Assembly: GCA_013115125.1 (NCBI GenBank)
Contig: JABANN010000402.1
Location: 1 to 32,472, forward strand
DNA: 32,472 bases
Direction of reading: 5' to 3'
Source: Perkinsus olseni
Taxonomy: Eukaryota
Below, piece after piece: positions 1-11,487 of the stretch. The notes under the pieces were generated by a model. It was given only the letters and a program-made list of their open reading frames with translations, made no database searches and was not told the origin of the DNA. The translations under genes and the position numbers were made by a program. Each line of letters opens with the position of its first letter. Position 1 is the first letter of the stretch.

Positions 1-828
1 ATGCGTTTCTCCGTTTCTACTGTTGTCGCTCTCGCCGGTGCCGTCGCCGTGGCTACTGCCACTGAGGATGCTTGCTCACAGATGTGCTCCAAGGTCGATG
101 GATGCCGCGAGTCCAAGTATGGTTCATACTGCAAGGGTTGGATGACACCTTCCACCTGCTTCGGCCTTGTCGAAAAGGCCGATGGCTCCTATTGCTTCCA
201 GCCTGGTGACGACAGTTGCGTTGGCGAGGCCGTGCCCTGCTCCATGGGGCGCGTGACCACCGCTGAGCCCACCGAATCTCCGGTGACAACTGCGGCCCCT
301 GTAACCAAGTCAGTGGCTACTACCGGTGCTCCTGTTGAGACCACCACCACTACTGCTAAGGCCACCACGCAGGCTGTGGAAACCACTACTGTTGAGAAGA
401 CTACTACTCCTAAGGAGACTACCGTGAAGACTACTACTCCTAAGGATACTACCATAGCAACTACCACTACTACCGAAGCAACCACCACTATTACTACTAC
501 AACCACGACTACCACTACTGAGGCGGCGACTACTACTACTACCGCCGCTCCTGCCTTTGGAGGTAATTTCTGCGGTAACGTGATGGGCCAGAGCTTCACG
601 GTCGACTTCGCCTCTAATGGCCGCGCTACCATTAATGTAATGGGCATGTCTGCTGGTGCTGATTACACTGTTGATGGTGATGATATCGAGTTCTCTAACT
701 ACGATCCCATGCTTGCCAAGTTGATGCATCAGTTCCACATCAATAAGATTGACGCTACCATCGTCAGCCCCGACTCCGTTCATATTAAGATCGGTTTCCT
801 TCTTGACACTACTATCACCAAGTGCTAA
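1..828 (+). CDS. Secreted Cys-rich protein with Thr-rich mucin-like stalk (resembles Perkinsus MOE-like proteins)
   Basis: Intact 275-aa ORF. It has a hydrophobic signal peptide, an 8-Cys module (DACSQMC..GC..SKYGSYCK.W..P..CFG..C..C..C), a long Thr/Glu/Lys-rich spacer and a ~90-aa C-terminal globular domain bracketed by two Cys. The MOE resemblance is from memory of the GSYCKxW..PxxCFG motif, not from a search. Confidence 0.85.
   Translation: MRFSVSTVVALAGAVAVATATEDACSQMCSKVDGCRESKYGSYCKGWMTPSTCFGLVEKADGSYCFQPGDDSCVGEAVPCSMGRVTTAEPTESPVTTAAPVTKSVATTGAPVETTTTTAKATTQAVETTTVEKTTTPKETTVKTTTPKDTTIATTTTTEATTTITTTTTTTTTEAATTTTTAAPAFGGNFCGNVMGQSFTVDFASNGRATINVMGMSAGADYTVDGDDIEFSNYDPMLAKLMHQFHINKIDATIVSPDSVHIKIGFLLDTTITKC
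339..543 (+). repeat. Coding low-complexity ACT/ACC repeats (poly-Thr, KTTTPK units)
   Basis: Runs of act/acc triplets. gaagactactactcctaagga occurs twice, 30 nt apart. Confidence 0.9.
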
Positions 829-1257
829 AAACACTCCCTGTTTGTCTATTTCACTCAGTTTGGCATACTTCATTGAAAGTAAGGTTTTGCCTTCCTCTGT
901 AATCGTCTACTGTCTGTTGTGTTAGTGTAAGTTGTGTGAGACGAGAAAGTTTTACACCGTTTCAGATCGACATGAGAATAACATAAAAGGTGGAAAGACG
1001 AGCTTAAACCCGAAGATTGGTATAAAACGGTGTTCGTTTCCGATAGGATTCTGACCTATAACCGTTGAATCTGGGGAATAGCTAAATGGAAAGACTCGGG
1101 ATCGGAAACCCGAACTTTAGACGAGAGTAGACCATACCATTGACCAAGATTTAACGATCCGTCAATCCGAGGTGACCGAGGTCCCTCATTCGAAGATTAG
1201 TGAGAACCCTATTTTCCTTCGATCCCGCACCGCGCACACTCGTGCAAGGTGCAAGGA

Positions 1258-2070
1258 TCAATCGTACTGAGTCTTGAGTAGGCCGGTGTTGAGGCTCAGG
1301 ATGGATAAGAGACCGCTTTTGTAGTTCCCGTGATCGTGATGCACGAAGCGATAGTATAAGCTTACATCTTCCTCAGGAATTCCAGGCTCGGATCGAGGCT
1401 CATAGAAGCAATGGTGCTATGCAACTGCTCTATCGCTCCAGCTGATGTGACACCGTAGAACCCGCCAATAGCATGACAAACTGCACGCTGTGCTTCGATA
1501 TTCAACCTGTCGTCGGCCACTGATGTCAGAAACTCCTCGGGGTTCAAGGTCGCAACTTACGGGCTGAGCCTCCAAGACTCCAGAAAGGCTTGCCACGCGG
1601 CCCTTCCATCTCCCTTGTCACGTGACACCAAGCCCTTAGCAAACCACTCCATCGATGACGAAGGGATAAAGTTCGGCATATCCCCTTTTGCGGTACGTAC
1701 CTGTAATGTTATTCAAACTGAGTGATGCTGTTTCGGGTATCGAGTCTCCCGCGTCCCACGTCTCACTTGAGCACGCAATACGAGATCTTTGAGCAATTGG
1801 CTATCGGTCTTGACGCCATTCCCTGGGCCCTTGTATTCACTCACGACTCTACCATACTGACCGGACGCGAACAAAGATCGGCAATGGGACTCCCGTGCCT
1901 TGGTATCAGACGGCTGTAGCGCTACCTGAGCGTTGGATGTGATGGGGTTCGCGAGTACCGAGGGAGCCAAAGCCTACCGCCAACTCTGAGAAGAATACGG
2001 CAGACTCCCAGTCGCATCTTGAGAAAGCGTCCGCTGCTGCCTTCAGGAGAGAATCCATGCTGCTGGCCAT
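1258..2070 (-). CDS. Multi-exon TPR protein resembling the N-terminal domain of APC/C subunits APC3/Cdc27 or APC6/Cdc16
   Basis: GT-AG splicing joins MASSMDSLLKAAADAFSRCDWESAVFFSELA / VALQPSD..CRSLFASGQYGRV.. / ..MEWFAKGLVSRDKGDGRAAWQAFLESWRLSP / LNIEAQRAV.. This fits the ANAPC3-type pattern (A.F.AE..L.P......L...GQY.RA) plus one TPR. The last exon and stop are uncertain. Confidence 0.6.
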
Positions 2071-2303
2071 GCCACGACGTCCATCCGTGGGAGGCATATT
2101 GGAGGCTGAGCTGAGCGAGACCTTGGGACGCCTAACAAACATCCAGTACCGTCACCGGCCCCCCGAGTCATTGACAACTAGAGCGTGCATCAGGATGATG
2201 ATTATGAAAAGAGTTGGTACTCGTAACTCGTAACTCGCAGCTCGCGAGTCGAAGTCAACGAAGAAAATTAACAAATGTCAGACATATAATATCGAGGATC
2301 AAA

Positions 2304-4760
2304 TCATGAGTTATGTGGCTCTTCACAGAACTTCATCGGGCCCATGTCGGCCAAGATAGGGAGCACCTTCGCATACACTCGAATGCCTTCTACAAGTGCC
2401 TCTTCGGTGATGAACCTAGTGGGAGAAGATCCGTCGGATGGTCCATGGTCCATAGAATATACAGACTCACTCGTTATGATCGTGCAGAAGTATCGGAGTA
2501 TTGCGCATGGGCGAGAAGCCGAAACACGGCAGACCTTTCGCTCTGAAATACCTGTCAAAAACGGGTGATTGCAACGAGGGGGGGGGTGAATTCGGAGAGA
2601 GGGTCACGACCCAATGACGACCTTGGAAAAGTCGCCATCCCGCGGGGCCTCGACATCTCACACCTCGTGTACAATATCGAATTCTTAAAAGCTCTTGAAC
2701 GCTTACCGACCTGCTATCAGTGCCACTCGGGAATATCTCAAGGGTCGCTTCGACTCCGACCTCCCGTTCGATGGAGCTCTGGAAGGCCAGTAGCCACGGG
2801 TTCGACATACTCAGTGGCGGCGGGTGCTCAGCAAAGTTCTGAAAAGTGGACCATGGAGATGGAGATAAACGTGAGAGTTCACACTAGCATGATAGTGAAA
2901 GCATCGAGACGGAAGACAGATGCGATTATGTTCAGCATACATCAAATTCGACCTCAACTTCATCTTTGTATTCTCCGAGCCAACCGTCGAATATGTTCTT
3001 GAGCTGGGCGCGATCGATGTGGAGTGGTACCTGCAAATGAGACCGCTCGCTGGTGAGGACTCGCATCAAAACTCACTCTGATGTCCACGCCAACGAGAGC
3101 CTCTGATGGTATAACGTTGAGAGCGAAACCGGACTTCGTGCTACGACAACAGCATGTTGCCAGCAATGAGTTGTAGCCCTGGCTAGCCTCCTCGGAGAGA
3201 GCTCGCACAGCGGCCTACCTGCTGCTGGGTACTCCGGTCTGCAATGCGGTGACGTTGACTGTGAGGACATCGCCGAGGGTTTTAGCTGCAGCTGCTGGCC
3301 CGCATGAACTATCATCCAGTATCTTGCGTTGCTCAGCGCGCACCGCGTAGATTCTGGAGAGTATAGTCACCTACAACAGGTGTGATTATTCACAGATTCA
3401 CGATGAACACGAACGTGTGGTACCAATTTCTCGACTGCCGTATTGTCGATGAAGCGGCTGCCATGACCAGTGTTGCCCTTCACGCGGAAGGCCACCCAGT
3501 TGGTAGCACGTTCTCCGTAGAACACAGTGTATCTGTTGCACGGGCTGTGATGGTCGAATCACAACAGGTGAGCATATACTTTTCAGAGGACGGATTGGCC
3601 AGGCCCTCATCGAGGACCATACCCACGTTTAGGTCAGCGAACTCCGGGCTCTCAGCGAACTTCATGGCACCTGCCAAGCATCCAAAGCCAGCACTACGAT
3701 GCTAGTCATGGATTTCCTCAGCCGCTTGGACGGGATGAGACGAGCGACCAATGCAGTATACAGCGCTCACCATCTGCACCACCAACCTCCTCGTCGGGAA
3801 CCAAGGATATGTGGATCGTCCGACGGAGCTGTTGTCCTTGAGCGAATATACGACGGAGGCCTTCAATGTAACTGTTGATAGACGACGACAGGTGTACAGA
3901 TCCTCAAGTCTCCGGGAGTATCGGTAGCGCTAGGAATGCCAGCCTGGAACTCTCTCTATCCGCCTGTCCTCCCAGACGCGGACTCGACAGGTTACTCAGT
4001 AGTCGCGCCCGTCCCTACCCGGTGAGCACACATTTCATATCTTGAGTGCCTCGGCCGTAAATTTGTCCATCCTCGATCACTGCCTCGAAGGGGTCAGTTT
4101 TCCAATGCTGTCGGAACACAGGGACGACCTATACACCATCCTGCAGCCCCGCACCAGAGTGTATGCTGCTCACGTCGTAATGACCGTTGAGAAGTATCGT
4201 ACTGAGGGCAGGATCAGTGCCTGGGAAGGCAGCCAAGATCACCGGTTTGCCTGGTACGTATCTGATGAGAAATGACGAGCCGCAGGAGGTACAGCTATAA
4301 TCCAGCAGCCGTCCACCGACTCCCTTACTCAATCGCTCTGATGTTGGTGACGCCTGTTATCTCTCCCAACCACTTCTGTAACAGCTCAGCGCATTTTGCA
4401 TAGGAACCGGAAGTAACACCTTGTAGGAGCACCCAGTAGATCCAGAAGTCTCCTCGCCGGGCCCAAGCTATATGAAGCCTCAACCACCGACACCCAAAAC
4501 CTACCTTCACCACTAATCGTGGGAATTCTCACCAGCTGTCGGAATCTGTCAATGCAGTCTCTGTCCTCTTCTGTGAGCGGACCCGACACTGCGGTCGTCG
4601 CAACAAAAGACGATCTATCTTGTTTGTCATCCTGAATGGCGTCTTTCAGCCAATGTATCTGCTACCACTCACCTACCGATGTACTCCTGCGCTTCGCCTC
4701 GCAGCCGCAAGGAGAGTCTACGACTGCTTTCTCAGCGTTCTGGTTGGAAGTAGGGGGCAT
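2304..4760 (-). CDS. ACY1: Aminoacylase-1 (peptidase M20A family), multi-exon
   Basis: Spliced exons give the hallmark motifs in order: [106 protein letters not shown]. All junctions I checked are GT-AG. The first exon (ATG 4760) is inferred. Confidence 0.95.
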
Positions 4761-5064
4761 TAAGGCTAAAAAAGGGATCCTGCTCGGAGGAGCAGGAAGA
4801 AACCCAGGAAGACGCCCGTCGGCGATGACCGACAGACGACCACTCTGTCGGGGTTGGCAAGCAGCAACAACCGGGTCGGGGCCGATGGTTCTATAACCGT
4901 ATTTTGATTACCAACCCGAGGAGCACAAACATGGTACTAAATTGATCGAGAGGCAAACAGGGAGATAGAGACTATTGAGCACGACTTAATAACCCAACAA
5001 CAGACCACCTGGGAGGGCCAATGACTATCAGTCATGCTAACAGAGAGTTTAATTTCTCAACCTA

Positions 5065-8000
5065 CTACAGACTACTCAAGTCCACTGACGCGAACAGCTT
5101 CTCGAGCTCTGTGGTCTCCACATCCGCGCCGTCCGATCCCGAAGGCTTGCCGAACAGCGCCGTCAAAGGGTCATCGTTGCTGTCCTCCAGGGCCCGACCA
5201 GTAGCGGGCGCGGTTCGCTCGACCAGCCATTCGCTTTGGAGAAGATCATCAGTGTACTTTCTGGGGTCGTAAACGCCCGCTGGCCCCCCGGATTGGCTAT
5301 CCTCGCGGGGAGATGACCGACGAGGAGACAGCTGTGCCCAGCGTTCCTCCTCGACAGCTGCCTCCCTCTCATCTTCCACCTTCACTTGAGGTGCTGCTGG
5401 AACCACGGACTTACCATATTGTACAGGATGCAGTTCTACTATGGCGGCTACTAGCTCCGAGTCTGCTGCAACACCCGTGGCCTCCTCGGCCGTCGCAATG
5501 ATATCCGGGTGCTCAGACTCCTCTTCCACTAGCGTCGCCTCAACGATGGTTTCGCCAACATCCTCAGCCTGCCGCATCTTTCCAAGACACATCACGCCAA
5601 GGTGGTCGGTGAACTCGGTGCGGGCCTCCGTTTTGATTGTTACATCGAGAGTGGTCGCTGGAAGGAGCTCGGTAGTCGCTGCCTTCATCACAATGGCCTC
5701 GACATAGCTGTGGGCCATCTGGCCAACGTCAGGCTTTATCCCCGACGGACCTCCACCTCTCGCAACCCCGTTCTTAACAGCCCCAAGCTTGGTCCCTGCA
5801 GATCTTGGCCTTCTCGTTGGGTCTTTTCGTGTGGACGACGGAGCTAAAGGACATAACACAAGTTGTTAACCCGTCCGCCAACCGAGTTCTGGAAACCCTA
5901 ATGTCTCAGAACGACCACTTACCCGGTTTGGCTCGAAACTGCCGCGACAGAGTGAGCACTGGGGCCTTCCGGCGGAGCCTTGGCTTGCTGAGTCTCTCTA
6001 TGGAGCTCTTCTGGGCCTCGGACATAGCAACCCTAAGCTCGACAGTCCTACGTTGCTTTTCAAGACGAGCCCTACTTCATCTGCGCGAGCCTCTTCGTCG
6101 CCTCCGATGCCGTCACCACTGGTCCTTCATCTTCCGTCTGGCCCGTACCCTGCCTACCGTACGCCCTCCGCAGCAATCTTCTATCACTGGCTGCATTCCG
6201 CCGGGCGAAGGCACACCTAAACCCATGATAGCCAGCGAACACATAGAGGGGGGAGGCCTGACCTTGAGCAGAGCCCCTTGGGGACGGCGCCACCCAACGA
6301 GCCTGCAGAGCTGATGGGCTTCCGTGGCCTACTCCCACAACCGGGGCACGATCGATACACCTTGGCTGCATTTACAGATCTCCAAAACTGCCCTGGGGGC
6401 GGATCTAGTGACGAAGTGGGTCGGCCTTCGAAAGCAACAGATTGCCACCCACCCTCCCTGCCAGTCGTCCCTGGTATTCGGCCCCACCGGCGTCGCTTGA
6501 GCCTCTCATTAATGATGCGAGCAACCTCTAAAACGTGGAGTAGGAGGCCAAGCATGACTTTATCGTCGAAGTCTTCATGACGCGTCTCGTCGTTGCCCTG
6601 CCAAAGAGAGTGTCTGTAACCAAGTCACTTAAAGCGCCGGAGAGCACACTCCGAGGGAGAATGATCCGTCGTACTAGGTCGATGAGGAGAGCAGAGTAGA
6701 GCGCGTCGGAAGATAATAGACGAACGTGACTCACATCCGCCCCGATGCTGATGCCCCTCAGACTGGCCCTAGTCTCCTCACAAGAGTGTCGGCGAGGATG
6801 AGCATGGACGTCGCAGAACATACCTGGACGCTCCACTAACAACGGTCTAGTACTTGAAGGCGCTTACCAGTGCATCTGCAGGGCTTGGTGAAGGCCAGCA
6901 AAGGCTTCAGGCAGCCCGGATACATGCAGGAGAAATGCTGCATGATTTCACCAACATTGAAGGCTCGCTCGAGATACGTTTTCGCAGCAAGAAGATAGCC
7001 TTGTTCACACAGTACCTATGGAGCGACACGGCTCGGTGGTGCCCCGTGACAGCCGACCCACCTTGGCCCGCTTCAGCCTCCCCCAGCGCCTCAAGAGGAT
7101 GTAGCATGGAGCCCGACCCTGCTCGAAGTTAACTCCTAACGACGCTACGAAGTCGTCTATGGTCCGAGGTCGATCCACGCTGTGACGTCCTGGAGCGTGG
7201 GTGCCCGCCGCTGGGATGAATCTGAGGATTCTGCCTCTGAGCTCACCGCGGGGCAGCCGACAACACACTCACCGACAATTATCGACTTCATCATTTAACA
7301 TGAACATAGCCCCGCGCACCCTTCTAGTGAATCGATCCCCTGAGGAGCACCATCCGCTAGGCGACCGGCGATGCATCCGTGCCTACCACGGAGCCTGGCC
7401 ACCATCTCGTCGTACTGACCGGCTCGATTGGTCTCGGAGCTCATGCGAATTTTGTAGTTGAAGCACCTCCCAAGTGAGCGACTCAACGGTGCCCAAAAGG
7501 TCAATCCCTGACGACTGAGAGCCCATCGTCTGTTGGACTGAATCTAATAACAGCAACAGCACTGGGGCTACCTCAACATCTACCCGGCCATACCCTTTTC
7601 ATGAGGAGCTCTCTGCAGTACTGGCCTAATTGCGGCGGGGCGATCTTCCAAAACCTCAGCACCTCGATTCCTTCACCCCAGCGCAAGGACCCCTTCCTGG
7701 TCACCCTCGTGGGCCTCAGAATCAACGCACTCTCATAAGCGAGGAGCCTCGCAGTTCCTTCCGCATCGCTCCGCCCGAGTGTTCTATCTCCCGCCATCAC
7801 ATCAAAGACAAAACCGTGAGCCCGCACTTCCACGACGGGCATGGGCCTCTTCAAGTCGACATACACCGAGCCATCCTCCCGTACACTAACGCCGACGTCG
7901 CCGGCTCGGACAGCCACGGAGCGGTCCAACTCAGGGCACCCGAAAAGGTCGCACAACCGTTCAGTCCCGACAGCGCGGCATAGATCAACAAAAAGGCCCT

Positions 8001-9835
8001 CGAGGAAGTGGTCGCTTGAGATGTGGAAAAGGTCTCGACTTCTCGATACGGCATGGTTCACTAGAGTGTAGACCTTTCGTTTCACAGCGCCGTGCTGCTG
8101 CATTGCCCGGTGTAGCCCTTGGAGTCGCTCGTGGTCTGCCTCGCCACTCTGGGCCAAAGGAAGACGTCCACTGGGCGAGTCTATTCTAGAAACCAACCTG
8201 AATGAAGGAACACAGCAGTAGCAGGTACGGAATGGGGGTGATCTCACCGTAACTTCCTGGCTTGCTTGAGCAGAAACTCGAAGGCATCGTGGCAGTGATT
8301 GGGCCCAAGGGCCCTCTTATACTCGTCCAATGCATCCCTTACCGCTGGGTCATCCGGGCCACTCTTCCGCAGCAGCCGGAATAGGTGAAATAGGGCCTTG
8401 TCGATCTTGGCAACGACGTTGCTGCTCTTGGGTCGTGCAAGCTCGAACAAGGGCCTGAAGCGGTAAGATGTAAAGATACTTCAACCTCGACCTGCGGCAA
8501 AGACTCTGCCGAAGCCTTATCAGCTCCGCACCTTTCGAGACGATCTCGCTCCGCTTCTTCTTCTGCCTCCATCGCCTCCCTTTTTTCCACGATCCTCCGT
8601 TCAGCTATTCGCGTTATGACGTCCAAGGCCTGGAGTCGGCTCAGCCCCCTGACTCTGTAGGAAGACTTCTGGCGAGGCGTGAGGCTTGCCCAGAACCGAA
8701 GTAGTGAAGAGACGTCCAGGGTGGTGTAACCATGCTGCTTCTCGAAGGCCTCCACGACAGGGAAGGCGTGGCCGTCGCCATTGGTCAGGTCGGAGAGGTA
8801 CTCTGACAGGTCCCTCTCCCTTACTCTGATCGCATAACTCGAAATCGGCTAGGCCTCCTCAGCTGGTTAGCTCACCCCTTGAGGCCCCACTTGGTCTTGT
8901 CATTGATCGAATTGAAGAAGTTGAGGACTTCGGCTGGAATGAGTTTCGATTCGCCTTCAAAGAAGCTTTTGGGGCCGCGTCGAGGCAGGATGCAGTCGTC
9001 GCCGAGTCTCTGAGTACTCCCTTCACACGCAATGTAGAGGTCGATGATCCGGGCGTACTGTAGGGCCTTTGAGGATACTGACAGGACCGACGTTTGGAGT
9101 CTGATGGTCGCAATTCTAACGTCCGTTACCAGTATGCTCTACAGGGCCCCCTCCAAAGGCCGCTGTTAAGGTTCCCCCGGTGGGAATCGGTTTGAGAATA
9201 GGTACTGTAGACGACGGCGGAGCGCCTTGGCTGGGCGTAGTCAGCATGCTACCCCTGGAAGGAGTGACGACAGGCTTCGGTGGCAGCAGCGGAAGAGACC
9301 CCAACCAGTGGACCTTACAGTGAGAACGGTCGTCAGTATTGTAAGTACAGAATTCGTTTACCTCCCTCCGCAGTGCGAATAGACCATAGACAGCACGGAC
9401 GACATCTTTCCGCTTCAGACGATATGCCATCTCCCGCTCTGTGTTGGCTTGGTGGTTTTCAAACTCGCTCCCCGCAGCCTGCCGCATGCCGTTCGAGACG
9501 TCTTCCGATGGGGCGCGTTTATTTTGGTAATGATCAATCCAATATCTGAAGAGCAGGCGAGTGCCGATCGATGCGGCCTGCACTATTTGGACGCTCATTT
9601 GTCTCATCCCTTACTGGATATAAACTTCTTCGTCCTCGGGAGGGTCACACCCAACCCGTTCAGCGAATTCCTCCACGAGCCACATGACGAAGCAAGCCTC
9701 GGCGATACACAGCTTCCCTGCGCTTAATGCTGTAACAAGACGAAGGTGCTCCGGTGACTCCTCTCGCTGTAATAGTATTCTCCGCAACGACAAAGAGCTC
9801 GCCCGATCCTCAACGGGTCGAGACGCTGCTGTCAT
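5065..9835 (-). CDS. Large multi-exon hypothetical protein (could be two genes)
   Basis: Chain of minus-strand ORF segments (9611-9835, 9116-9607, 8339-8755, 8244-8450, 7573-8247, 6528-6842, 5065-5859) bounded by GT/AG signals. A bridging exon near 7420-7530 (..IDLLGTVESLTWEVLQLQNSHELRDQ) suggests one gene. It has helical middle segments and an acidic, disordered C-terminus. No domain recognised. Confidence 0.6.
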
Positions 9836-9993
9836 ACGGAATGATAATTCTCAACTGATGAACCTTGGCTGATTCGTTGACGGTCATTCCGAATCTGTGC
9901 TCAGCCCATAGTTCAAGGGATTATGAATCTTCTTTTTGAGACCTGTTCGGCTTCCCCCGCGCAGTTCTTTATTTTCTCCCTCGAGTTTACTCT

Positions 9994-10251
9994 ATGCGTT
10001 TCTCCGTTTCTACTGTTGTCGCTCTCACCGGTGCCGTCGCCGTGGCTGCTGCCACTGAGGATGCTTGCTCACAGATGTGCTCCAAGGTCGATGGATGCCG
10101 CAAGTCCAAGTATGGTTCATACTGCAAGGGTTGGATGACACCTTCCACCTGCTTCGGCCTTGTTGAAAAGGCCGATGGCTCCTATTGCTTCCAGCCTGGT
10201 GACGACAGTTGCGTTGGCGAGGCCGTGACCACACTCAACTCGAACATTTAA
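9994..10251 (+). pseudogene. 3'-truncated recent duplicate of the gene at 1-828 (signal peptide + Cys module only)
   Basis: 9994-10227 matches 1-234 with 4 substitutions, then diverges and stops after TTLNSNI. Confidence 0.85.
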
Positions 10252-10662
10252 CTCGGATTCAGGTCTCGTACTGAGCCCGATTTTGCGTTGGGGTTCGATA
10301 GCAGCCACAAGCTATTCACCATCCTACAACTCAAAAGGACAACCTTCAATACTCTTCGACACACTGCGCCAGGAATCACTGCTATCACGGGAACCTGTGG
10401 CTACGCTTCGGTGACAGCCTCATCCGGGAGTATAGTAGACAGCGCAGATACTCTAACTGCACTTGAAGAAGCGTGACAGCAAGCTTGGAATTCCCGAGGC
10501 AAACAGCGAAAAATGGATGGGCTCTTCACCAACGGTTACGAGGACTGTAATTCCGTCTCGAATGGCCCCGCTTTTGTGTCGTCAGTTGCCCTGTAGGATG
10601 TTGCGTAGTCGATGCACATGCGTGCTGTATTGCCACTACAACATGACGCAATGGAGTTTCAC

Positions 10663-10712
10663 CTGTTTTACGCGTAAAACAGTTTTACGCGAAGTGTTTT
10701 ACGCGAAAAACG
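10663..10712. repeat. 20-bp perfect palindrome plus three GTTTTACGCG copies
   Basis: ctgttttacgcgtaaaacag at 10663-10682. gttttacgcg at 10665, 10682 and 10696. Confidence 0.9.
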
Positions 10713-11154
10713 CGATATGTTGTGTTGAGATAACACTTCGCGTCATAACGCACGCGTGAAACGCAATATCGCGAAAAACTCCAACGCTAGCTTAGGCGAG
10801 CGCAAAATGATGATACTGACGGTTTCTTGCTAGTGAGTTATGAAACGGTTGAAATATACTAGTAAGTCATTCAGTATTTGTTCTCTTCACTTTCCTTTAA
10901 AGTTTCAACTCGATATTCGTAAAATCCCAGAAGTTACGTCAAATTCGGCGATTTGCATATCAAAATGGCACGCACTGTATATTTTGCGCTATGGAACCGC
11001 TACCGCCTGGCTCAGTAGTATAGAGTCCATAGTACTCAACCAGCTGTGATTGAAGCGATCATAATGCATAGTATAGACTATCATCGCTGTACTTACCTCT
11101 ACTGCCACTGCGTATCATCGTAGTTGACCGTCTGACCTCAATCTGCGCCTTGCA

Positions 11155-11274
11155 CTCGCGTGCATGTTCGAGATTACGCTATAGCAGCTCTTTATCGACC
11201 AATTCCCCTAGGGTCCGATTTTACAACTCTCTGAACCCCCAATAGCCAGACTGTACTGAGATACAGTGCACACA
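11155..11274 (+). repeat. Diverged copy of the upstream module/inverted-arm family
   Basis: Shares attacgctat..gca.ct..tcg.cc..gt.cg.ttt..gtactgag..a.agtgcaca with 16420-16528. agactgtactgagatacagtgcacaca (11248-11274) aligns to 17421-17447. A further partial copy lies at ~10925-11000. Confidence 0.65.
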
Positions 11275-11487
11275 GTATTAGGTCTATAGCTGATCGGCGT
11301 GGTTGATGTAGCTGATCGTCGTCCCTGCTGTCAGCCACCGCTGATGTCATTTTCGCTTACTACTGGCCCCACCTAGTTGTGCTGGCTTATCTTAGTATCA
11401 GAAACACCAGTAGTCTATTTCTGTCACGGAACCCTCAACCAGTTCTTTGCCTTTCAGTATCTCATTATCTCCGAGACAATAGAACTC

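Noticed and set aside
189-873. Minus-strand ORFs rich in Val or Ser/Gly
   Set aside because: Antisense shadows of the poly-Thr region of the gene at 1-828.
3675-3775. Possible non-canonical splice donor in ACY1 after PDEEVGGAD
   Set aside because: On re-reading, the junction is GAT G|gtgagc..cag|GT GCC, which is canonical GT-AG.
10250-10310. ggttcga plus a small hairpin as a tRNA or tRNA-derived SINE
   Set aside because: No cloverleaf, A-box or acceptor stem can be formed.
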